A stretch of 64,000 nucleotides of DNA from Oculina patagonica (lineage: Eukaryota): assembly GCF_052425735.1 (NCBI RefSeq), contig NC_135769.1, forward strand, positions 29,760,001 through 29,824,000, written 5' to 3'. The translations under genes and the position numbers were made by a program. Of the stretch, positions 11,720-24,100 are shown piece by piece (the stretch's first letter is position 1; each line of letters starts with the position of its first letter). The notes under the pieces were generated by a model that made no database searches, was not told where the DNA came from, and saw only the letters and a list, made by a program, of their open reading frames with translations.

Positions 11720-13165
11720 ATGGCCATAAATGTCACAGAAACAAGCACCACTCCTTCCAGCAATGTCAGGTCAGTGATTCGTTGTCCACATTCACCAAAC
11801 TTTACATGGGATTTCAATGAAACAACAACCCACTGGATTCTATTCCCCATCACATTCGTCGCTTCCCTAGCAATCATTTTTTTGAACGCGCTGGTAATCC
11901 TAGCCGTAAAGCGAAAGAGAGAGCTGAAGAAAACGTCGACTATACTGTTATCAAGCATGGCAATTGCAGATCTCCTAGTGGGTGCAATATCTATGCCGCT
12001 AACTGTCGCTACTGATATATTAATTATTCGCCAGGTATATTACACTGGGTTTTGTACATTACGCTTAGCAACTGAATGTTTCTTGTTTACTTTTATTTGG
12101 TCTTCCTTATATCATTTGACATTAATTGCTTGGGAGAGGTACGTGGCCATACGAAAGTGGATTGACTACAAGGTTATCGTTACAAGAGACCGCATCAAAA
12201 CACTCGCAATAGTCGCTTGGCTGTTAGCGCCTTTTGCTTCGTTTCCACCTCTTGTCATGATAGCTGTTGGCGCAGACCAGAGCATCAAACAAGCCTGGTA
12301 TATCGGTAATATTGCTGTGGCAATAGTTTGTTTGACAATCATAGCATACTTCTACATTATGGTTTACCTTGGAGTGCGCAAACGTAAAATAAACGAAATC
12401 AGCCAAGTCAGTGCTCTTGTAAAAGCGAAACTCGAGTCCAAAGTTGCCATGACGACTGGTTTGATAACTGCTACCCTGATTCTCTCGTTCGTTCCAATGA
12501 TTGTTGTCGGTTTCTTAGGAGAAGGTTTCCCAGGCCTTCGTAGAAGTAAAGCTTTCCGGCTGTCGGGCATACTGCTTCAGTTAAACTCTCTAGCGAATCC
12601 ACTGTTATACTTCTACAGAGACCGCCGCTTTAGAAAGGCTGCGCTAGAACTGTTAGGAGTCAGAAGACCTGAAGCAATCCAGCCAGCAGTGGGTGCCGCC
12701 GCGCGATTTGTCAGACGAAAGGATCCGTTAGGTTCACTGGAAGTTGTTCAAGAACGGCAAAAAGATGAACAACACACCCGTGTCAAAAGAGCAGCATCCT
12801 GCGACCCAGTTGTAGTTTCAGATCGTGGCATTGATAGAAGGTCTGGTGAAATATTGTTAGAAAGATCGATGTCAGCTCCTACGCTTGATAAAATCAGCGG
12901 CTTCGTAGATGGTCTGCAACTGCAGCAACCCTCGTCCGTGGTAGTAACAACTGCAATAATCCATACTGAAAGTGGCGGGCGATATCAAGCGAAGACCAGT
13001 AATCATGAATTGCCGCAAGATGCAATCAAGCCTCAAGATACAATCCACCTCGTCCGTAACATACCAAGATCAAAGTCGTGGAATGCTAGTACCTCCGTGA
13101 AATGTGCCAATCATTGTCAAATGTTACAACGGACGCTGGCTCAAAGACCGACAACGGCGCCATAA
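11720..13165 (+). CDS. Single-exon class A orphan GPCR, 481 aa (paralog)
   Basis: Same motifs as 8352-9800 (ADLLVG, AWERY, NPLLY); intact ORF. Confidence 0.93.
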   Translation: MAINVTETSTTPSSNVRSVIRCPHSPNFTWDFNETTTHWILFPITFVASLAIIFLNALVILAVKRKRELKKTSTILLSSMAIADLLVGAISMPLTVATDILIIRQVYYTGFCTLRLATECFLFTFIWSSLYHLTLIAWERYVAIRKWIDYKVIVTRDRIKTLAIVAWLLAPFASFPPLVMIAVGADQSIKQAWYIGNIAVAIVCLTIIAYFYIMVYLGVRKRKINEISQVSALVKAKLESKVAMTTGLITATLILSFVPMIVVGFLGEGFPGLRRSKAFRLSGILLQLNSLANPLLYFYRDRRFRKAALELLGVRRPEAIQPAVGAAARFVRRKDPLGSLEVVQERQKDEQHTRVKRAASCDPVVVSDRGIDRRSGEILLERSMSAPTLDKISGFVDGLQLQQPSSVVVTTAIIHTESGGRYQAKTSNHELPQDAIKPQDTIHLVRNIPRSKSWNASTSVKCANHCQMLQRTLAQRPTTAP

Positions 13166-13247
13166 CTACACTGCAGCTTAAACTGTTGTGCAAAATTAAC
13201 CACAGATTCTCGATCGTTTACAACAAGGTTTTGAAATGTGGCGCAAA

Positions 13248-13657
13248 CCCGGGGGTACTCATAAAAGTTTTATACGGGGAGGCTCCTCCCCAAGTTCTAA
13301 CCCTTTACCCTTTTATATACCATTTTGACAGAAATTGAACCCCTTTCGTATACCTTTAACTGAAAAAAGGTACCCCTTTCATATACCTAAGAGACATGGC
13401 GTGGACTTAAAATAGGAAGTTTTCTTGTCATTTTTATGTAGCGCTTAATAATTAAAATAATACAGCCATAAATTGCGTCTGTTCGAAATATTTAATTTAA
13501 AGGCCATTTTAAATAGCCAAATGACAGATTTTCATACCCTTTCATATACTTAAACTCGTGAAATCCCTACCATTTTATATACCTGAAGCCTGAAAAAGGT
13601 ACCCCTTTCGGGCGGAGCCTCCCCGTATAGGCCGTTATAGGGAGTACCCCCCCGGGG
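13248..13657. mobile_element. MITE with CCCGGG termini and an 8-bp TSD
   Basis: ggcgcaaa|cccgggggtactc...gagtaccccccccgggg|ggcgcaaa; the empty site (ggcgaaaatcacag) is visible in the paralogous spacer at about 10011. Confidence 0.85.
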
Positions 13658-15346
13658 GGCGCAAATCACAGATCTGACACAGAACCGTGATCAAATTTAA
13701 ATTACAACTACTTCAAACAATTTATGCTTGTAAGCTAGGATTTCAAACTTGAAATGGACCATAACTCGATATATTCTCGTTCTAATAGAGCTCAAAACAA
13801 GACCTTTATTCATTACCTAGTGACTTAATTTTTCGGCGGTGTGCACAACAGGCGGAAATCGGCGGTCTGCGTTTGAAGCAAAAATGACTTGTGCATGCAT
13901 GTGTTCAATTTACTATTTGGGTTTTTAGAGTTCTCCGTAACAAAAATCCACCTTCAATTGACTTGATAGCGGGACAAGCGTTCAGAAAAGATTCGGTACG
14001 GTCAAATTTACCCTTGATTGTTTCCATTGGAAAAAAGTTATGTGTAAGAAACAGAAATAGCCGAGTAGCAGTCTGGGCAGTTTAGTCTGTAGGACAGGTG
14101 ATTTAGCGCGATGTACATATCCGTGAAGGCATTAGGAACTGTTGTACAAATTGTAATAATTATTGTGATGATGTAACATAAGGTAACCGTGTAAACAAGC
14201 CTATTAAAAAAATTGAAAAGTTAAAAATGGCAATAAACTTGATTGCAACAGGTTTCTTAAGCATCGCTCAGAAAAGCTACGCAGTTTTCGCTTCAATGTC
14301 GAAAGTAATTCGCGTTTGCTTTGGTTTTGCATTTCTTCGCTTGGTGTTTTGTTAAGTAAAACTCCCGCCACTTTCTCGACCAATCACAAGTCAATCAAAA
14401 CCAATCAATCGTGACTCCGTCACATCTAGTAAAGTTAGGGGGAAGGTAAATGTTTTCCGTGGAGGTTTTTTCCAACACAGTCTAGCTTTACGATGAAGCG
14501 GTTATGTAAAATGCAAATATCCATGACCTCACTTTAAATATAGATGTACTTAAACAAGAAGCACTTAGAAGAGATTTCCTAGCGTCAAAAGCGTATGAAA
14601 TCGGGCCAGCAGTTAGTATCATCTTTCACTATATCTGCACGCCGGTTTAAGGTGCAATTACATGACACAATTGAATATTTGTCTTTCTCACTAGTATGTA
14701 TGATTTTCTGGGCCAACTTATCATTTGTGACTGTGTGCATTTTTTTCTACTCAAAACATCCTCTTTCGGATTCCTTACTTTCTACGTGAAGCAATATTTA
14801 GTTTTATTACTAAGCCGGTGTGATGGAAAATATGTTTTCTGAAAACTCGCACACTAAAAGCGACAATTAACTTGGCTAATTGGTTTCGCCCACCTTCACA
14901 AATGCACGTTTTGTGATGCAAAATCTCTTTGTGAAGCGTACAATCAACCTATTAGTTGTGTATCTTTCTTTTGAAATTCGATTTCCTGTGTTTTTGACTC
15001 CCTCCCTTGGTTTCGCCAAGTTTCATGATTGCGTATGACTGTGATTCCAAATTTCTTTCTGATGCGTACAATCAACCCATTAGTTGAATACCATTCTCTT
15101 GAATTCCTTTTTTTCTGTTTTTGTGACTCACTTTTGAGGATGCACTAGCCGTCATCCTGAAACGCATTTACCAGGAAATGAAAACTTAGATTCCCCTCTT
15201 GAAATAAAACTAAAGCTATGAACGTCAGAAATATAAAAAGCTAGTACATCGCACGAAAATAGTCTTAAAGCGCATTGCCCGACCAAAGACTCAAGTTTTT
15301 TTCTGATCAAACAACGCCCCCTCTGCGTTCAGCATTCCAAATCACC

Positions 15347-15868
15347 ATGGCCAGAAATGTCACAGTAACAAGCACGACTCCTTCCAGCAATGTCAGGTCA
15401 GCGATTCGTTGCCCACATTCACCAAACTTTACATGGGATTTCAACGAAACAGCAACCCACTGGATTCTATTCCCCATCACATTCGTCGCTTCCCTAGCAA
15501 TCATTTTTTTTAACGCGCTGGTAATCCTAGCCGTAAAGCGAAAGAGAGAGCTGAAAAAAACATCGACTATACTGTTATCAAGCATGGCAATTGCAGATCT
15601 TCTAGTGGGTGCAATATCTATGCCGCTAACTGTCGCTACTAATATATTAATTATTCGCCAGGTATATTACACTGGGTTTTGTACATTACGCTTAGCAACT
15701 GAATGTTCCATGTTTATTTTTATCTGGGCTTCCTTATATCATTTGACATTAATTGCTTGGGAGAGGTACGTGGCGATACGAAAGTGGATTGACTACAAGG
15801 TTATCGTTACAAGAGACCGCATCAAAACACTCGCAATAGTCGCTTGGATGTCCGCCATTCTGAAGTAG
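15347..15868 (+). pseudogene. GPCR paralog truncated in TM4 (real truncation or mis-join near the assembly gap)
   Basis: MARNVT...AIVAW matches the paralogs until about 15847, then switches to sequence ending in a pogo-like MITE terminus (ttataaccggaattttacgg|ta at about 16220), just before the N gap. Confidence 0.7.
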
Positions 15869-16243
15869 ATCTTCCATAGACGAACATAGCGCTGCTAATA
15901 AAAACTTTCGCAGAAACATCCAAAACATTTTAAACTGTCATTACATTTAAGAATTGATGGTAAATGTTAGGCCTGGTAGAACACTATGAGAAAGATTTGA
16001 AACAGTCAAGATCCTTCTCATAACATTTTGTTTTGCACCATTCGAAGAACATGCTCAGCCAAGACTCAAAGTTTCAGTCGCCTTGCCTCCACTGCCTCCA
16101 CTTATCCTTGAAGGATAAGTCTAGAGACATGAACATTTGCATGAACACCGCAAAATTATTACCTGGGCGCTTTAAGGGGGGGGGGGGGGGGGGGGGGGCT
16201 TATAACCGGAATTTTACGGTATTGTTATTGTAAGATAAGATAC

Positions 16244-16290
<47 letters not shown>

Positions 16291-16318
16291 GGACTATCTA
16301 CAGTAGTAATGTACTACA

Positions 16319-16818
16319 NNNNNNNNNNNNNNNNNNNNNNNNNNNNNNNNNNNNNNNNNNNNNNNNNNNNNNNNNNNNNNNNNNNNNNNNNNNNNNNNNN
16401 NNNNNNNNNNNNNNNNNNNNNNNNNNNNNNNNNNNNNNNNNNNNNNNNNNNNNNNNNNNNNNNNNNNNNNNNNNNNNNNNNNNNNNNNNNNNNNNNNNNN
16501 NNNNNNNNNNNNNNNNNNNNNNNNNNNNNNNNNNNNNNNNNNNNNNNNNNNNNNNNNNNNNNNNNNNNNNNNNNNNNNNNNNNNNNNNNNNNNNNNNNNN
16601 NNNNNNNNNNNNNNNNNNNNNNNNNNNNNNNNNNNNNNNNNNNNNNNNNNNNNNNNNNNNNNNNNNNNNNNNNNNNNNNNNNNNNNNNNNNNNNNNNNNN
16701 NNNNNNNNNNNNNNNNNNNNNNNNNNNNNNNNNNNNNNNNNNNNNNNNNNNNNNNNNNNNNNNNNNNNNNNNNNNNNNNNNNNNNNNNNNNNNNNNNNNN
16801 NNNNNNNNNNNNNNNNNN
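16319..16818. other. Assembly gap (500 N)
   Basis: Run of N. Confidence 1.
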
Positions 16819-17069
16819 ATTTGGGTTTTTCTGTGTTTTCCTTGACAAAAATCCAGCACAATTGCGCAGTTTTCACTTGACGTGTTGGGTTTTTTGTACA
16901 GTATACACACGAGAGAGCTTTTTCAAGTTTGTTATTTATTAAAAATCAGTCATACCTTTTCTGCCGATCTTTTACATTGGAAAACCATTTGTGAAACACT
17001 CGAAATAGCCAAGAAGCTAAACGAGACAGGCGATTTTGCGCGTTGAATATAGCACGAGCAGACGTCTTA

Positions 17070-17425
17070 GGGCCTGATTACACGGCGAATTTCAGCCAGG
17101 GCTAAAATTTTGTTGCGATTACGTGGCGAATTTCAGCCCGGGTTGTACACTCTTAAAACTGAAAACTAACTGTGTTCGTCATTTTCTTTCGTTAAAAAAC
17201 ATCACTGCGCATCCGTAACCTCACTTTCAGCCCGGGCTGAAATTTGAACGCGATTACATGAGGTTGGTTTTACAGCCCGTTTGCTCGGGCTGAGATTTCC
17301 AGCCCGGTTTCAAAAACCGGGCTGTAATTCGGTCGGGGATGAAACTTTCTTCACGTAATCGCAAACGTCTTTTCAAGAAGATTTGTTTTGGAAGCCGGGC
17401 TGAAATTTGCCATGTAATCAGGCCC
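17070..17425. mobile_element. Harbinger-type MITE
   Basis: TIRs gggcctgattacacggcgaatttcagcc / ggctgaaatttgccatgtaatcaggccc; flanks tta / ttt. Confidence 0.85.
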
Positions 17426-18712
17426 TTTTTAGTTGAGATTATGAAATTCGAGAAATTTGGCTGAATGTGTCTGGGAAAATAAAATACCCAAAATTACGAA
17501 TGATTATTGAGAATTGCGCATTCCAATTTAGCTTTTCTTTTCTAAAATTAGTATGAAAATTTGACTATAAAATATGAATAAATTTTCAACTTTTCCTGTA
17601 AATTAGTATGTGTACAATCTTTTGGAGTTGACTAATTCGCTATTTTGGGGGTGAATTTACAATAAATTGTGTGATTGTCAGAGTAATTTGTGATATAAAG
17701 CGAGAATTCGTATGGTCGAGTTTGCTATAGCTGTATATAGACGGCAGAAATTCCCTTCAGCCAAATGTCTTAAGAAAAAGCCGGTTCCACAACGTCTGAT
17801 TTTTAAACTTCCAGAAATTTATTTCGTTTATTCGATTCGTTGCAACGTTTTAAAAAAGCAGCGGTGTGACAAATTAAGAAAGCTTTCTTTTAGCTGCTCA
17901 ACCAAGCGGCCGTTCGAAAACATTCAGATTTCTTTAGCCTTTCATAGCGTACCCGATTAATTTATTTGCACATTTAAATAAATTCCTCGTTTCATCACCA
18001 TTTACTCTCTCTTTTTTTTCAAGAATTGACCCGCGAAAAATAACGTTGACAAGGTTGCGAAAATATTTTAAAGCTTACGTTCAAACAATTTCTTTTGGCC
18101 GGGCAAAAACATAAGTTTGCGAACCTCATACAGCACATTGCATTTTGTACAGGGGTTCATTTCCATACGCCAGCTGTTAGTGATCTCTTTTCATGGAAAC
18201 TTCCTATTTAGAAATTTGCATTTGTTTCACGAGATGTACGTTATTTTCTCGGATTTAATCCGTCAATATCTGGAAAAGTTTTTTCCCTGTGACATTTTAT
18301 CCCTTCCATTCTGCTAGCCTGCAAAGGCTTTGCTGGAAAATTCATCTTTTTCTTTCTCGTTTACACACTTACTCGTAATGGCTTCGTGCGGAAATGTTTT
18401 TTAAAGCCTTCATTAGTTTATACAACGTTTTTTGCGTACGTCAGGGACGAAAAAAATTGTCATAAACAGGCAATGCGAATTTAAAATTACAAAAATCTTC
18501 GTTTTCATTCTTTTTTTAAATAATTATTCATGTTGTCCTCAGGCTTTGCGTCATATGCCGTAAATGTAAAAGCGTTTGCTAAATTTCAAGCTTTTTTAAA
18601 ATATAAAAGGATCAGAACGCTTTCGAAGAGGACAAAAATTGAAACGTCACGGCAATTAACAGGGAATACAAATTTGAAAGAAAGCTAGATTCGATACTCA
18701 TGCTCATTAAAT

Positions 18713-19567
18713 CAGCGTGCAAAAAAGTGCACGTCCGATAGCCCGGGGCTAGTGAATTTTGCAGTCGGGCTAGTGCATTTTATCCCTCACTTGCCGGACA
18801 GGCGAGTACAGTTAACTCTCACCTTGCGGACATCCCGCTATTGCGGACACTCGCTATTACGGACGAAAACCAGATCCCGGCGAAAGAGGTTTGACTGGAA
18901 ATGACTCCCGCTATTACGGACACTAAACGACGCCCCGAGCGTGTCCGCTATAACGAGAGCTGACTGTAAAAGTTTATGGGGAACATTTTTGAGCTAGTTA
19001 CTGTAATCCACCCCCCGGGGGGGGGGGACTCCCATACTGTGAGCTATATAGGTATGTGCCGCTGTGAAGGGTATGGTTTTCAAGCAGTTTAGTATGGGAT
19101 AGGGTATAGAAATCAGAGAGTTTTGGTCTAGAATAGGGTATCATTTGCCGAGAAACTGATCAGTGGTATGAAGAATTAAGTCCAGAATAGGAATAGAAAC
19201 TCGGAAGAGAAGAGGCTTCCCTAGACGTGAATAAAATCATTGTGACAACGTTGTTGACAGATGGTTTTCCATTAAAAACACTGATACTGATGCAGTTTTA
19301 AAAAGAAGCAAGTCAGGAAAAGGGTAGGGATTTCCGGTATCTAGTCTAGTATAGGGTTGCAAAACCAGCTGAAGATGGTCTGGTATAGGGTAAGGGCTTC
19401 AAATTCCCAGCGGCACACCCCCACCCAAAAATATACAGGGTGCCCCCCGGGCTGTAATCATGTTTATAAGGATTTTTTGGGCCACTGAAAACGACTTTCG
19501 GGCTAGTGCGCCCTGGGTACAGCTTGCCCAAAGTGCAAGCTGAAAAGTTCTATTTCTTTGCACCTTG
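18713..19567. mobile_element. hAT-like MITE carrying two nested MITEs: pogo-like 18809-18966 and CCCGGG-type about 19009-19451
   Basis: Outer cagcgtgcaaa...tttgcaccttg. Inner ta|cagttaactctc...gagagctgactg|ta. Second inner element flanked by ctgtaatc duplicates. Confidence 0.7.
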
Positions 19568-20018
19568 TTTAAATCACGTGTTAAACATCACGAATGAAAA
19601 GTAAAGGTATATTTTATTTACATTCGTGCACATTATGAGAAACTCATCATTTTCAAGGAAAAGTAAATTAAACTATTGTAATTTTCGGAATTGATTCACG
19701 TCGAAGATAAACTTGACAAGTGCACGCAGAAGCGGAATTTTAAAACAGCCTCTCAAAAAGAAGATTCTTTTAGAAGTCAACAATTTCTAGCAAATCTTGA
19801 AATGCCGCAATCTGCTTCTGTCATGACGCAAACGAGGTTTTAACTACGGTAATCACTGGGTTATATAATCATAGAATTTGGTGCATTGGATGGGTGCAGT
19901 AAAGCAACAACAACAAAATTATTATTAACAACAAAAAACAAACAAACAAGAGCGTTGTGATAATAAATTGCATCTGCGGGCAGTTTAGGGAACAAACAGA
20001 AAATAAATAATCAATTAA

Positions 20019-20392
20019 AGGGACTATGTCACGGATTTTACCAGATTTTTTAAACCACCAGAATTTATATTTGTGACGCAGGAAACCTTAAAATAATAGT
20101 CCATTTTTATTAAAAAATACTATATTAAAGCACTGAAACTGTTTATGAGCATCTTTGGCTGCTGATGAAAACGGATTGCAATTTGAAAAAGTTAGGCAAA
20201 CGTTTTCAAGTTGTTTCCCCGCGTCTTCGAAATATCGATATTTATAGCGCTAGCTTGATTTATATCCGAAAATTAAGGTTATATATTCCTTTAAATGTTC
20301 AAAGATGATGTTTATTTAGGGATAAGTTGCCTACTACTAATTGCAGAACAGTTTAGACCAAAAATCTGCGAAATCCCCGTGACATCGTCCCT
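20019..20392. mobile_element. TTAA-flanked MITE (Kolobok-like)
   Basis: ttaa|agggactatgtcacgg...ccgtgacatcgtccct|ttaa. Confidence 0.75.
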
Positions 20393-20405
20393 TTAAATGA
20401 AATTA

Positions 20406-20871
20406 CAGTCGAAGCTCTTGTAAGCGGACACCCTCGGGACGCGAAAAAAGTGTCCGTAACTGGAGCTGGCCGCTTACGAGAATGGTTCTCGTGAGCGGCC
20501 ACTAGAGGTGGAGCTTGCCATGCTAACAATAACCGGACGGACGTGGATGACGACAAAACAAGCACTGAAATATGGCACTGTAATTACTTTTTAAAAATCA
20601 TTGTGACGAACGGCGATGTGAAGTTGATTGATAAACACAAGATGCAGAGGTTATTAATAGGATTTTCTTTGGGGTGTCCGCTTATGGGAGCTTACAAAGA
20701 AAAAGTCTAAGTAGTAATCTCTGAAAGTGTCCGCGGCCGTTTACGGGAATGTCCGCTTACGAGAATGTAAAAATACAGAGTTTGTATGGGAGATAAAACG
20801 GGGTTTCAAACAAGGTGGCCGTAAGTAGAGCTGTCCGCTTACGATAGTGTCCGTTAAGAGAGCTTCGACTG
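20406..20871. mobile_element. pogo/Tigger-like MITE
   Basis: ta|cagtcgaagctct...agagcttcgactg|ta. Confidence 0.85.
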
Positions 20872-21130
20872 TAGAATTGAAGCTTAGCAGCAACGTCATA
20901 ACATTATTTATATTACTGATAATATAACAAGCTTTTAGGTTATTAAAATCATTACTAACAAAAACGTTTTGCGAAAGACCTACTATTCAGAAGTCCTCTC
21001 CCCTTTTACATTGTTATTATGCTACAAATGTAAGGGCTTTACTCAGCAAAGGGATAGCCCTGAAAAATCTTTAAACTATTTACAGTTTGTAGATGACAAA
21101 TAATAATAAAAATAAATTGCTAAGTTTGAT

Positions 21131-24100
21131 TCAAACAAGTTTTTCCATTTCAGTCTGGGCATGCTGGGCTAAATCCTTGTATTCTTTGACCTTGAGTTCA
21201 ATGATCTTTTGCTGAAAATTGAAAGGTTAAATATGTAAAAGTGTAAGCAAGCAAGTAAAGCAAAGCAAAGTACAGTAGTGAGTAATCAAGTACGTAAGCA
21301 AGGAAGCAACTAAGTAATAAAGTAAATTGTAAAATTCATTAATTATTCATGAGGGTGCAAACCAATCCCAGCACACTATTCAGATCACATGTACACAACT
21401 GTAAACCCCAATACAAATCAAACAATAGAATTAACTTTTGATACAGACTCCTGCTCAGCTAATTCGTATTCATTAACTTTTGATACAGATCTCTACTGAT
21501 TCGCATAACAATACTTTGCATTCAATTTATTGTTTTCATTTCACAAGTAGAATAAAATATTCGCATCCGATCTGTATGGGCGTTTACAATGGCTCGCCTA
21601 TCGGCTCGCCATTGTAACCGCCCATACAGATCTCCCGCTCATATTTTTTCTACTACATAAAGTATTAAGTACAGTATAAGTAAGTAAGCAAGTAAGTTTT
21701 TTCAAGTTTTCTCTATATAAATATTGGGTTTAGCTAAGGATAGGACAAGATGCAACTTTTGGCAAAGTTTAAAACAATTCCGCATATGGGATTCAGAGCC
21801 ACCTTAAATTTACAAAAATTTAACGTGTCTCTGAACCTCATGTGCAGAATTGTTTCAAACTTGGCCAAAAGTTGCAACTTGTCTTGCTGGTCAAAATTTA
21901 TTTTAAAAAACAGGGGGTCACTAAGCTTGTTTTTGAGTTATGAGCAGTTAAAGCTAAAATTAAGAATGTTTGAGAAGGTTATGCTGTTGGTATGGTAACC
22001 TATTGTGTTCACTAATCATTGGGCATTTCTTTGACACCACGATGGTAGCATGAACAGATAAAAAGAGTGGCTACAGTGATCTATCAAATCAAAGTGACTG
22101 TCACCAGCCATCTTAGATGAATAAACCCCATGTGATGTATTAAAAGTGTGTGCACTAAGTCTAACAAAAAGAAAGCACTGCCCCTAAAGAGGCAGTATCA
22201 TGGCGATTTAGATGCATTTTTGCCATAACAGAGCTAAAATTATGCCTCAATAGCTTCACTCATTCACAAGATGCGCAGAGAACACCGAGGTGAAGATTTT
22301 ATGTGAATATTTTAAAGGAGCACAAAGTGTATTTAGTTTTCAACGATTTGTCCATGACACATTGCCAGAGTTTGAAAATGTCTGCCAGACATAAATTTTT
22401 TCAATTTTTGTTTGAAATCTCATGCCTGTATAACTCATGATAATTCATCTTTTGATACTTACATGTAAGTGGACTGTTATAGTCATCATCATCATCATCA
22501 TCATCATTTATTTGCCACTTCAGAATTACAAATACAAATTAAAATAACTTAAAAAGATAGGGAGAGGAGACCTCCAAGAAACCACAAGGCTTATTTTAGC
22601 AAAGCTAGACCATTATTTTAAAGTTCCCATTGATATAAATAATTTATTTCTTTTGATTTTGACTTTTCAAAGTGATTCTCGTGATACTGCCCCTTTAACT
22701 TAATACTAGTCTAGTAAATATTACCATTCTGTTGATCTGTCTTTTAGTTTCCAGTTCAAGAAAATCCTCCACAGTCCAGTCTTCTTCTTTCTTGTTTAAC
22801 AACAGAAATTCACATTTTGGTGAATGTGCTCTGTGCTCTTCCCTGAAAGAATACAGTACAGATATCTTATTTGATAGTCTAAGTATGTACATGTAGTATA
22901 CAAGGTGTGCTGTATTTTGAGGAGTCGCAAGATGAGTCAAAAATACAAACTCCGGGGGGGGGGGGGGGGAGACACTCCCATATATGAGCTATATGGTATG
23001 TACCGCTCTTAAGGTTATGGTTTTCTAGCACTTTAGTCTGGGATAGGGTATAGAAATCAAGAGAGTTTTGGTCTAGAATAGGATATCATTTGTAGGGAAA
23101 CTGATCAGTGGAATGAATAAGTAATAATGGTAATAGGACTGAGTGGAGTACAATTCGGTCTGTAATCATATGAGTGATTAACAAAATCGGACGACCGCGC
23201 AGCACGAAGTCCTGTTACCAATTAATCAAAACTATGACAAAATTTGAGAAACAAGCAAAATTTACCGGTGAAATGGCTAAACGTCTTTGTGAATACTACC
23301 AAAACACCACAATTTACTCAACAAAATGCACACCGACAGCGCGTGCAAAATGACGCGTATTGTCCAATTACAAGCATGGCGCGTACACTGTCCTATTAGT
23401 GCTCAAATCAGGCTGTTGATAACCAATCACGATCAAGAATTTTGTTATAGTTTTGATTAAGTCCAGAATAGAAATAGAAACACGAAAGAGAAAGAGGTTT
23501 TCCTAAAGGTAAATAAAAACATCGCTCCAACGTTGTTGACAGATGGTTTACCATAAAAAACACTAATAGTGATACAGTTCTCAAAACAGCAAGTCTGTGA
23601 TAGGGTAGGGATTTTCAGTATCTAGTCTAGTATACGGTTGCAAAATCAGTTGAACATTGTCTGGTATAGGGTAAGAGTTTCAGAGTCCTAGTCCTTAAAC
23701 AGGGTGCCCCCCCCCCCCACCTGGATACAAACAAGGGGGTTAAAAATATACAGTGATACTATGTTCTTAACTGTCTAATAAGAGTTTTATTATCCAATTG
23801 ATCTTTGACTTCACAAAAAATAAAAGAAAGAATTAGAAGCATGTGCACTTATTTTTCCATAGCAACTAAGTAACTAACTCTCTTCCCCCTACCCCTTGTT
23901 GCTCCCAGCAGCTCAACATTGATAGGTGCATTAGTGAGCAGCATGTCCCTAGACCCTCCTACGGACTTGCACTTTCAGTGCTTATATTTTGCCCCCCCCC
24001 CCCCCCCTTCTCCACTACAAAATCACAAATATGCCCCCGTGAAAGGTTTCGCATATTATACTAGAGGGTTAGATCAAAGCTTCGATTCCATTTACTTTCT

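Larger units (their letters stand above)
9979..15848 (+). repeat. Tandem segmental duplication unit (spacer + GPCR), period about 3.4-3.6 kb
   Basis: Spacer 9979-11719 is near-identical to 13207-15346 apart from a MITE insertion and small indels; the ORF MHACVQFTIW... appears twice (10244, 13891). Confidence 0.9.

Noticed and set aside
10244-14085. Duplicated 64-aa ORF MHACVQFTIW...
   Set aside because: It has a non-ATG start, lies in the duplicated spacer, and is not preserved in the inverted paralogous spacer.
16294-16910. Long poly-X ORFs
   Set aside because: They are artefacts of the 500-N gap.
17070-17425. Recurrent ttcagcccgggctgaaa palindromes resembling a CRISPR-like array
   Set aside because: Irregular spacing inside a TIR-bounded eukaryotic MITE, with no cas genes.
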